From the sequence record PV467749.1: a DNA stretch of 64,000 bases. One strand, 5' to 3'. Source of the DNA: a phage. A program made the translations under genes and the position numbers. Positions 17,366 through 25,437 of the stretch are shown here, one piece after another (position 1 is the stretch's first letter; each line of letters begins with the position of its first letter). Below the pieces are notes generated by a model. That model was given only the letters and a program-made list of their open reading frames with translations. It was not told the DNA's origin and searched no databases.

Positions 17366-18508
17366 TTACTTGTTAGCTTTTTCAGCAATTTCACGAAGAG
17401 TATCTTCAAGTTCATGAGAGAGTTTTGCGATTTCAATCTTAGCACGCTCACGCTCTTCTTTACCTTTCTTCTCTTCAATCAGTACTGCTTCGATGCTATC
17501 GATCATTGTTTTGTGTACATTACGCAATGTTTTAATATCCACGATACCACGATTATTTGCTTTAGCAGCATCCAACATGTTAGTTGCTACCATTTTAGAG
17601 TTTACTTCGAGTAAACGGTTAGTTTCATTGTCAATCAGATTACCCAACTCATTGTCTTTACGTTGACGTTCGGAAATCAACTGTTCAGCCAATTGTGATT
17701 TCCATGCTGGAATAACAACTGATTTCAAATCCTCAAACTTAGAAACAGTGTTGAGGTTTACTTTCTTCATACTCATCAGGCGAGGACCGCTCAGTTCACA
17801 CATCATGATAAGACGACGAATCTTATCTTCCTGTTTAGAAAGAGCTTCACAAATCATCTTTTGCTCCTGGATTGCAAAAGAATCAACGTCAGGGTTCGCT
17901 TGCATTGCTACCAATTCAGCATCTTGTGCTTTGGTAACTTCTTCCAACTCAACTAACGTATCACGCAATTCAAAGAGATAGTTTTTGTTTTCGTTGTAAG
18001 CAGTGTCTAGCCATGCACATTCCCCATGCTGGCGGTTAATACCAACCTGAAGAGTGTTCATGATTTCATCAATTTGTTCTTTACTGTTTTTGTACTGATC
18101 GCCAACTTTCTGTTTAGCATTAACAAAAAGTTTTTTGACCCATCCTACGATTGATTTATCATCCTGTAGACTATCAATATCAACTGCACGAGTCAATGTC
18201 AAGATAGTAGTAATAGACTTACCGAATTCGGTATTATCATCAGTGACGTTAACTTTTGACATGATTTCATCAGCCAAACGTCCTACACCTGCCCCAGCAG
18301 TGGTTCCGATGGTATTAATATTCTGCACAGTTAACGCCATACTGTTGCCTTTAGTATCTTTCAGTACTGGAAGTGACTTGGACTGTTGTTCGAAGATATC
18401 AGTTGCGTCAATTGTGTGTGCTGCTGTTTTGGTAGTACGTTTGGCAGTTTTGGTTGCTTTGGCTTGTTTAACTGTTGCTTTTTTCGGATTGATTTCTTTC
18501 TCGGACAT
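17366..18508 (-). CDS. hypothetical coiled-coil protein (about 380 aa)
   Basis: ORF track 17366..18583; ATG at codon 26 (MSEKEINPKK...) has GAGGAA SD; Lys/Ala-rich N-terminus, helical repeats. Confidence 0.5.
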   Translation of the reverse strand: MSEKEINPKKATVKQAKATKTAKRTTKTAAHTIDATDIFEQQSKSLPVLKDTKGNSMALTVQNINTIGTTAGAGVGRLADEIMSKVNVTDDNTEFGKSITTILTLTRAVDIDSLQDDKSIVGWVKKLFVNAKQKVGDQYKNSKEQIDEIMNTLQVGINRQHGECAWLDTAYNENKNYLFELRDTLVELEEVTKAQDAELVAMQANPDVDSFAIQEQKMICEALSKQEDKIRRLIMMCELSGPRLMSMKKVNLNTVSKFEDLKSVVIPAWKSQLAEQLISERQRKDNELGNLIDNETNRLLEVNSKMVATNMLDAAKANNRGIVDIKTLRNVHKTMIDSIEAVLIEEKKGKEERERAKIEIAKLSHELEDTLREIAEKANK

Positions 18509-18591
18509 TGTGTATTCCTCAGTTAATTTAAGATAGTGTTGCTCAGTGATAAACATTCTACAGGCAACACTCAGTACTGTCAACTACTTTT

Positions 18592-19719
18592 TTACTCTTT
18601 ATTTCCATACGCTAGGTTGCGAATGATATTGGCAGTATCTTCATCGACTGCTTTACCAGTTTGTGCTTGTAAACGACCTATAATCAATGGGATAGTGATA
18701 GTTTGAATATCAATCATTCGGCTCATATCAATCTGATACTGCTTACTAACACCAACAATACTAGTTTCAGTCATTGCTGTTGAAATACCCATTTTCATAA
18801 TACGTTCAAGCGTTAGTTCATATTCAAATGGATCTTCCAAACGACGAATTGCATATTCACACCCAATCTTACCATACTCAAGTTCATTTTTGATTTCACG
18901 AACTTCATCACGAATTTCAGTGAATAAAGACGTAATACCACTAAACTTGTTAGTATCGTACTTCACGGCCTCATTCAATGCTTTCATTACTTTTGGCAAA
19001 TCAGATGGTTGAACTTTGATATCTGCTTTCCCAAACAACTTCTGTGCAAAGGTAGGTTTCAACGGGAATAACTTTTCCAGTGCTGTTGTAAGGTTACCCA
19101 TTAATAAACGGATATAATCACTGTGTTGTTGTAGTGCTGCGTTCAAATCCAATTGTCGCTCAGAGATCTTCTGAATCTTCATACCAACTTCTTGTGCACA
19201 TACTGGGAGGTTAACATACCAATCCAGTACTTTTACCGAATCTTTTTTAATTGTATCTGGGAATTCCATCCAACGTTCAATGTCAGCAACCATATCACAT
19301 TCAGGATCGATAGGTTTCTTCTTAAGAACAATAGGAGCCGGAACTTCTGGTGAAGTAGCTACTGCTGCCATGTTTGGACGAAGTTTGCCTTCCTTCCAGT
19401 CTCGGTACTCCTTCTCTAACGGAGGAATTGGGAGATCTGGAACGATTCTCACATTTGAGAAATGAATTTTATCTTTCATCAAATCCATTACCTTCAAACG
19501 GCGATTATCAAAATAGATCTCGTCGAGTGAAAGTGAACGGGTGTCGAAATGTGGATTTCCCAATGAATCGTATGTTCTGTCCACAACAATGGTATACATA
19601 TATTTTCGATTCGATGAACGATCATACTGTTTTAACAGTGAGTTAAGAACGTAGTTGAAGTTAAATTCTTTGATTTCAACTTCTTTGCCGTTGTCAATGA
19701 AAAAATATTTTCCTTTCAT
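18592..19719 (-). CDS. hypothetical protein (375 aa)
   Basis: ORF track. Confidence 0.5.
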   Translation of the reverse strand: MKGKYFFIDNGKEVEIKEFNFNYVLNSLLKQYDRSSNRKYMYTIVVDRTYDSLGNPHFDTRSLSLDEIYFDNRRLKVMDLMKDKIHFSNVRIVPDLPIPPLEKEYRDWKEGKLRPNMAAVATSPEVPAPIVLKKKPIDPECDMVADIERWMEFPDTIKKDSVKVLDWYVNLPVCAQEVGMKIQKISERQLDLNAALQQHSDYIRLLMGNLTTALEKLFPLKPTFAQKLFGKADIKVQPSDLPKVMKALNEAVKYDTNKFSGITSLFTEIRDEVREIKNELEYGKIGCEYAIRRLEDPFEYELTLERIMKMGISTAMTETSIVGVSKQYQIDMSRMIDIQTITIPLIIGRLQAQTGKAVDEDTANIIRNLAYGNKE

Positions 19720-19799
19720 TACTAACCTCTTAATTAATTAAAATTGATACGATACGTACATTCTACATACACACGATGTATTTGTCAAACCATTTTTTA

Positions 19800-19830
19800 A
19801 AGAAAAAAAGGACGCACCTTAGTGCATCCT
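19800..19830 (-). terminator. intrinsic terminator (AGGATGCAC / GTGCGTCCT stem plus U7)
   Basis: Hairpin overlaps stop codon of gene 19819..20637; minus strand continues TTTTTTT. Confidence 0.5.
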
Positions 19831-20637
19831 TTTGTTACTCTTGTCCTTGTACCACACAAATGTTTTTACTGGTGGGTACTTTTCATTCTTTGGTGGTTCC
19901 GGCATATCATACACAGTTGCATTTCTGAATTTTAAAATGTATGAATCCATTAAACGAATTATACAATAGTTCATGCACTTTTGTGCACGTTCTTTCCAAA
20001 AATGTTTATATGGTTCTGGACACCCAAGATAATCCAATTTGTACATACCCATAGCAGCTTGCATAAAGCGTTGAGCAGAGAACTTACGCTTGTCTACCTT
20101 ACTAGCTCGATGCTGGTCACATGTCCAACTAGAGATACCAGGGAGATGACAGAATAAATCAAAACTCACCATACTATCAAAGTACTTGTTATGACCGTTC
20201 AACTCTCCATAAAATACCGCTTCGGAAACAGTTTCATATAGTGAGTAATTTGTATGTATATGTTCATTGTCAAATATAGCTTTTAGATCTTTGTAAGTTT
20301 CTGGTACTGGTGGCTCTGGTAAAACTTCACCGAACGTCTCTAAGCACCAAATCTTCCACAAGCCTTTCGTAAATTTTACTTCAAGTTCTTTATCGCTGTC
20401 AATATAAAAAGTTTTCTCATTGATAAAAACTTTTCGTGCCATGTATGCTTTGAATACCGCATCAGGGTCGATATCTTCACGCTTGATATCGTCCCATCCT
20501 TTACCGATTCGAGAAATTTCGAATCGTCTCATATACATCCTACATGCCAAATCTTTAGTTGTACTACGATGATACTTGTCGTCTTGGTGAAGTTTGGTAG
20601 TCTCATGGAGAGATTTAAGCATGTTTAAAATTCTCAT
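19819..20637 (-). CDS. hypothetical protein (272 aa)
   Basis: ORF track. Confidence 0.5.
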   Translation of the reverse strand: MRILNMLKSLHETTKLHQDDKYHRSTTKDLACRMYMRRFEISRIGKGWDDIKREDIDPDAVFKAYMARKVFINEKTFYIDSDKELEVKFTKGLWKIWCLETFGEVLPEPPVPETYKDLKAIFDNEHIHTNYSLYETVSEAVFYGELNGHNKYFDSMVSFDLFCHLPGISSWTCDQHRASKVDKRKFSAQRFMQAAMGMYKLDYLGCPEPYKHFWKERAQKCMNYCIIRLMDSYILKFRNATVYDMPEPPKNEKYPPVKTFVWYKDKSNKRMH

Positions 20638-21314
20638 CGTAACACCAAATACTTCCCATCTTTGCCTACTACATACTGATTACCACTACGTAGGACGCTA
20701 TAACTTTCACCTAGTACCGAACTTAAGCGAGATGTATCTACCTGTGTATCGTTCGATAGAAGCTGTTTTACGTATGCTTCTGACACAAAGCCACTACCAG
20801 TACTGTAATGTAATTTACCATATGCAGTGTTTAGTGCAAGCATGTGACCTTCTTTAACAACTGATACACCAGCAAAGTCTAAAAATTCACTGATGGATTT
20901 AGGAATACCCAAATCGATACGTTGTTGAATTTCATCAAAATCAACATCAATCGGATCATTCACACCATAAAGCTGAATCTTCCAGCCAGGATTTGGGCAA
21001 ATGTTTTCAATAGTTTTGATAAGACGAAGTAGGTTTTCTGGAAATTCCGCATCACGTTCCATTTCAACGAATACCTGATAACGACCATCCAGGTTAGGTG
21101 TTTCAGCAGCTTCAGTATCAACTGCATCAATTGGAGACTTCTCAATAAAAGATGACAGGTCATATGCAGCATCAAAGTTGTTTAGTACTTGAAACATAAC
21201 AACGATATTACTATCTTCAATCTTAGGAGTATATTCATCTACACTAATAATAGGATGAATCAAATCCTTTAGTACTTGTGGACGTAAACCTTGTTCATTT
21301 AGTTTCTTTTTCAT
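20634..21314 (-). CDS. hypothetical protein (226 aa)
   Basis: ORF track; 4-nt overlap with upstream gene. Confidence 0.5.
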   Translation of the reverse strand: MKKKLNEQGLRPQVLKDLIHPIISVDEYTPKIEDSNIVVMFQVLNNFDAAYDLSSFIEKSPIDAVDTEAAETPNLDGRYQVFVEMERDAEFPENLLRLIKTIENICPNPGWKIQLYGVNDPIDVDFDEIQQRIDLGIPKSISEFLDFAGVSVVKEGHMLALNTAYGKLHYSTGSGFVSEAYVKQLLSNDTQVDTSRLSSVLGESYSVLRSGNQYVVGKDGKYLVLR

Positions 21315-21877
21315 TGCATACCACCTTGTTGTACATCATCAGATACTTCTACATCTAAATCAACATCTTCACCAGTAATTGGTTCATCTGATGGTTCTTG
21401 TGCATTCATAGGATTACTATTGAACTCGGAAGCCATTAGTTTGTATTCATCAAAACTTTCAGGGTTGATTAGGTTTCTAGGAATTTGTACACGAACCAAT
21501 AGAACTGGAATTCGTTCATTTTTTGGAATACGAACAGAACCAGATTGCGTTGCCACACTCTTCATATCAGCCTGACGGTTAGGATCTTGAATAGGTGTAA
21601 TTTCATAATCTGCTTTCACATATACCTTAGTCCCGTGCTTCTCAAGAATTGAGAATGCAGTAGGGTCAGGGAAATTCTCACGATAGTATTTGAATGTCAC
21701 AGTACACCAGTACTTACTAACAATCGGACCTTCAACAAGTTCACCTTCGATGATACCATGATATGCGTACAAATCATTATCATCAAAATATTTTTCAACA
21801 GCCAGAAGTATATCTAGCATACCGCTGTTATCATACAACTGCTGGACTGCATTATCTGTATAATCTAAATCATCCAT
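21311..21877 (-). CDS. hypothetical acidic protein (188 aa)
   Basis: ORF track. Confidence 0.5.
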   Translation of the reverse strand: MDDLDYTDNAVQQLYDNSGMLDILLAVEKYFDDNDLYAYHGIIEGELVEGPIVSKYWCTVTFKYYRENFPDPTAFSILEKHGTKVYVKADYEITPIQDPNRQADMKSVATQSGSVRIPKNERIPVLLVRVQIPRNLINPESFDEYKLMASEFNSNPMNAQEPSDEPITGEDVDLDVEVSDDVQQGGMQ

Positions 21878-21943
21878 GTTTTATATTATCCTTAAAAAAC
21901 TAGCACATATAATACTATTTACTACTTTTAAAAAACAATAAAA

Positions 21944-21970
21944 GGGGATTAAATAATCCCCATTGTTTTT
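21944..21970. terminator. bidirectional intrinsic terminator (GGGGATT-AAAT-AATCCCC flanked by A-run and T-run)
   Basis: Perfect 7-bp stem with AAAA upstream and ATTGTTTTT downstream on plus strand. Confidence 0.55.
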
Positions 21971-21976
21971 ACTATA

Positions 21977-22603
21977 TTATTGGTAATATTTCGACAGTAC
22001 TGAATAGATTTTTAAACGTAGTTCATCCCAGTTGTTAACATAGTCATACCCATAACCATTTTTATACATATGATTGTGGGACGCTCGCATCATAACTGAT
22101 GGGATACCCAATTCCATTGATGTTTCAATATTATTGATATAATCATCAATCATCAGTTTTACGTCATATCGTTCTTTTAATTCTACTAGTGCTTCATGCT
22201 TAGATTCATTCATTTCAACAATGATGATTTCATCAAAACATGTCTCACCAAATACATGCATAAGATTAGTATTGCGAAGTACCTCGCTATAACCTTTCTT
22301 ACCACACTTAGTCAGTACTATGAATTTTTCCTTGTAAAAACGATCACGCAGTTCATGCATAATACTTACAGTGTTAGTTTCTACAGGTTTTAGTAATCCA
22401 AACATATACGAACGTTGATTGAATTCAGTAATGATCTCTTGAACTTTTTCTCGTGAAACACCAAACCATTCAGATAAATCGTATGCGAGTGGGTATGGTG
22501 TTGTTGGGTTGATATCATATTGGAGTTTTGCGTATTCTCCTAATGAACCAATGTGATCTAGTAGTACTTCATCACAGTCGAATACAATACAACGGTCTTT
22601 CAT
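21977..22603 (-). CDS. HAD-superfamily phosphatase-like protein (possible nucleotidase)
   Basis: N-terminal VFDCDEVLLD matches HAD motif I (DxDx[TV]); size 208 aa. Confidence 0.5.
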   Translation of the reverse strand: MKDRCIVFDCDEVLLDHIGSLGEYAKLQYDINPTTPYPLAYDLSEWFGVSREKVQEIITEFNQRSYMFGLLKPVETNTVSIMHELRDRFYKEKFIVLTKCGKKGYSEVLRNTNLMHVFGETCFDEIIIVEMNESKHEALVELKERYDVKLMIDDYINNIETSMELGIPSVMMRASHNHMYKNGYGYDYVNNWDELRLKIYSVLSKYYQ

Positions 22604-23556
22604 TACATGTTCCCCGAACAGATTAGGTCAATCTCACACAGTAATGCACTGAGATTCATTTCACGGTCAGACACGGTAGCTTGTTTAACAACAGCGTCAC
22701 GAATCTTAACCTTAATTTTCATTAGAGTAATTTCATCAGTACTGAACATTTCTGCATTACGATACAGATAAGAGAAGAATGCATCCATCTCATCATCAGG
22801 AATGTTTTGCACGATCTGCTCACGCATTTGACGAATGTTACCAGCTTTTAGTGCATCAATAATGGCAGTACGATACCCAGCAGAGTTCTCAATACTGTCT
22901 TCAAGCTTTACAAGTTTACCATCGACTACTGAACTTTGCAATACGTTTAGCGTTTTGCGGAAATCAGGATATGAAGCATTGATGTATTTTTGTACTTGTT
23001 CAATACTTTCATCAGTACTTAGATCTACTCCTTCTGCCAATAGTACGTTGTAGATGCGTGACATGAATTGTTCCATATCATGCTTCTCAATGGTGATGAC
23101 CTGAACACGAGAGATAATAGGTTTCTGAATCTTATGTGGTTCATTACTGGTAAGAATGAAACGAGCATTTTCATGGTAATCTTCCATGACACGTTTCAAG
23201 CTACCCTGTGCTTTGTGGTTCATTTGTTCCATTTCTTCCAGAACAAATACACGATAACGACCAAAACATGATAGTTTTGCTGCTGCATCAATTTTGTCAC
23301 GAACAGCATCGATACCTTCATCTGACATATTCAGTGTTGTTACATCACTAGGGTCAAGGTGTCCGTTAGCTTCCAGACCATTCAGTAGTACTTTGATTGC
23401 TGAAGTTTTTCCTGTCCCTGCTGGTCCAAAAAATCCAATATGTGGGATATCACCAGTGCGAATCCATTCTTCCATCTTCTGACGTAGGGCTTCGTTCTTA
23501 GATACATAATCTTCCATAGTTTGTGGGCGGTATTTTTCAGTCCATAATGTAGTCAT
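22603..23556 (-). CDS. 44: clamp-loader ATPase subunit (T4 gp44 / RFC small-subunit family)
   Basis: WTEKYRP box, Walker A GPAGTGKTS, VLEE Walker B; 317 aa. Confidence 0.8.
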   Translation of the reverse strand: MTTLWTEKYRPQTMEDYVSKNEALRQKMEEWIRTGDIPHIGFFGPAGTGKTSAIKVLLNGLEANGHLDPSDVTTLNMSDEGIDAVRDKIDAAAKLSCFGRYRVFVLEEMEQMNHKAQGSLKRVMEDYHENARFILTSNEPHKIQKPIISRVQVITIEKHDMEQFMSRIYNVLLAEGVDLSTDESIEQVQKYINASYPDFRKTLNVLQSSVVDGKLVKLEDSIENSAGYRTAIIDALKAGNIRQMREQIVQNIPDDEMDAFFSYLYRNAEMFSTDEITLMKIKVKIRDAVVKQATVSDREMNLSALLCEIDLICSGNM

Positions 23557-23582
23557 GTTTTATTTCCTTGTATATTAGGTGT

Positions 23583-23852
23583 TTATGAAATCCAATCTGC
23601 ATAATCATACAACAATGCAGTGAATAAGTCTTCTGTCATTTCAAGTTGATTAAACAAAAAATTAAATGAGTTTGCTTTGTTCTTCACACCCATTGCTTCG
23701 GCCTGGGCTGATACGATAAGTAAGTACTTAAACATATCATGAGAAACTTCATATACGTACTTCGTGTTAGTTCTATCTTCAAACATAAATCGTCCATTTT
23801 TAGAAACTAACGTAACGTCAGAAAAACTATATTTTCCATCATCAGTTATCAT
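23583..23852 (-). CDS. hypothetical protein (89 aa)
   Basis: ORF track. Confidence 0.4.
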   Translation of the reverse strand: MITDDGKYSFSDVTLVSKNGRFMFEDRTNTKYVYEVSHDMFKYLLIVSAQAEAMGVKNKANSFNFLFNQLEMTEDLFTALLYDYADWIS

Positions 23853-23908
23853 GTATTTTCATCCAAATAAAAAGCCCAGATAATATATCCGAGCTTTAGA
23901 TTTATGTT

Positions 23909-24235
23909 TTAACGACCAAATGTTTGAGCAGAGATGCGTGGATCATTGTCAGATACCAAACTTACTGCTGCTGGATAATCCACGAGATTCATTTTAATAC
24001 CATCAATCTCAATAGTTCTCGACCAACGACCGTGGTCAATTAGAATCCATTGTCCTTCTTTGATATCGGTAATGTCTTCACCAACAGAATATACTTTAGC
24101 CCAACGACAACGAATACCACGTATCTTACCATCATCACTTGTCAGTACAATACCACCTGCGGTTTTACGCTCACCATGTTCTAGTTCAGTTACAATAACT
24201 TTACCTTTACAAGCTGTCATTACTTTATTGGTCAT
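23909..24235 (-). CDS. GroES-like co-chaperonin (Cpn10; functional analog of T4 gp31)
   Basis: KTAGGIVLTS matches GroES KSAGGIVLT mobile-loop region; 108 aa. Confidence 0.6.
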   Translation of the reverse strand: MTNKVMTACKGKVIVTELEHGERKTAGGIVLTSDDGKIRGIRCRWAKVYSVGEDITDIKEGQWILIDHGRWSRTIEIDGIKMNLVDYPAAVSLVSDNDPRISAQTFGR

Positions 24236-24238
24236 GAA

Positions 24239-24583
24239 TTACTCCTGATCTTTAGTTTTTGCTCGGCGTGGAGCTTTCTTCTCTTCAGATACTTCAACTT
24301 CTGGTTCTTGTGGTTGAACTTCAAAGCTTTCATCATCCCATACTTCTTCAGTACTATATTCAGCACTGTGAAGTTGGTGTTCAGGAATGAAATCAGGAAT
24401 TTGCATTTCACGTTCTTTTTCTTGGATTAGTTCTTCACGGGTTTTAATGACCGTACCACCTGAACCAATCTTATCACCACGAGCATTTAGGTTTGCATTA
24501 CCTAGTGCTACTTGGTGCTGGTTTTGATACTTTAGCATATCCATATCAATGGTGGTTCCACGATAAGTTGTGTGTTTTGACAT
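24239..24583 (-). CDS. hypothetical protein (114 aa), acidic C-terminus
   Basis: ORF track. Confidence 0.45.
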   Translation of the reverse strand: MSKHTTYRGTTIDMDMLKYQNQHQVALGNANLNARGDKIGSGGTVIKTREELIQEKEREMQIPDFIPEHQLHSAEYSTEEVWDDESFEVQPQEPEVEVSEEKKAPRRAKTKDQE

Positions 24584-24646
24584 ATAAAAATCCTTTTTCT
24601 ATGTGAGTGATATAACGCCTCAAACAACATTATATCACATGTTTTT

Positions 24647-25165
24647 CTACCATTTCAAAAATTCATTTACATCTAGTTTATACTTCAAAGAATCAACCAT
24701 ATGCAAATCAATCAGGAACAAACAATACGAAGCCACTGAACTACCACGCCCAAGACCCCAAAAAATATTGTGCTCTTCCATATAATCAACTAACCAGATC
24801 ATACATCTTAAAAGCTTAGTCATGTTGTAATGTTCAAACAAATCAATCTCATACATTACACGTTCACGGGCTTCATCCGATGTACATTTCTGTAAAAAGT
24901 ACTCACGCAAGTTGATGTTATCGTACACTGGATCATAACGCCATAGCTCATGGTTTTTATCATGTTCTATTGTATAATCCAGCATACGCTGTTCTAAACC
25001 AAATTTTTTACAATTATCGTTAAATTTCAATCGTTCCGGTTCATCAATCTCCTGTAGCTGTAAGTACTGAATATCTGCACCACAGTTGATTGCATACACG
25101 ACTGCATTAAGGTTACATTTTACATCACCATTGGGACTTATAAATCTGTTTCCTTGTACTTTCAT
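24647..25165 (-). CDS. hypothetical protein with DnaE (Pol III alpha) PHP/palm-junction-like motif
   Basis: GLGRGSSVASYCLFLIDLHMVDSLKYKLDVNEFL resembles DnaE [34 protein letters not shown] (recalled from memory, by-eye alignment). Confidence 0.45.
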   Translation of the reverse strand: MKVQGNRFISPNGDVKCNLNAVVYAINCGADIQYLQLQEIDEPERLKFNDNCKKFGLEQRMLDYTIEHDKNHELWRYDPVYDNINLREYFLQKCTSDEARERVMYEIDLFEHYNMTKLLRCMIWLVDYMEEHNIFWGLGRGSSVASYCLFLIDLHMVDSLKYKLDVNEFLKW

Positions 25166-25436
25166 TTTTCTTCTTCTGATCCTCTTCGTTATCCGTTAAG
25201 TAAGAGTTCATGTCAAATATACATGGGTCTTGCTCATCATAGGAGGTTTTTTCTTTTTGTCCCTGACGAATCTCTAATTCAGCATAGCACTGATTCAGAA
25301 CGGTTTGCATGTTACCAACAATCATATCACTCATACCTGCTGCACGAGCAGACGTAATACGCATCGATTGTTCGTTAATTTTCAATTGTAACTCTTTCTC
25401 GGTCATGGTTGATGGATCAAAAAATGGATTGAACAT
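25125..25436 (-). CDS. hypothetical protein (103 aa)
   Basis: ORF track; overlaps downstream ORF by 41 nt in another frame. Confidence 0.4.
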   Translation of the reverse strand: MFNPFFDPSTMTEKELQLKINEQSMRITSARAAGMSDMIVGNMQTVLNQCYAELEIRQGQKEKTSYDEQDPCIFDMNSYLTDNEEDQKKKNESTRKQIYKSQW

Positions 25437-25437
25437 A

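Noticed and set aside
17366-18508. TelA-like (toxic anion resistance) assignment for the coiled-coil protein
   Set aside because: Only a vague impression from size and helical character; I cannot point to a specific conserved motif.
18135-18536. Plus-strand ORFs antisense to annotated minus genes (this one and e.g. 6403..6609, 31648..32275, 47381..47650, 60090..60542)
   Set aside because: All overlap longer minus-strand ORFs that have recognisable protein motifs or SD-preceded starts; the plus-strand products are low-complexity. The whole block is transcribed leftward.
18592-19719. RNA ligase 1 (T4 gp63) based on near-identical length (375 vs 374 aa)
   Set aside because: No KxDG nucleotidyltransferase motif or other ligase signatures visible; length alone is not evidence.
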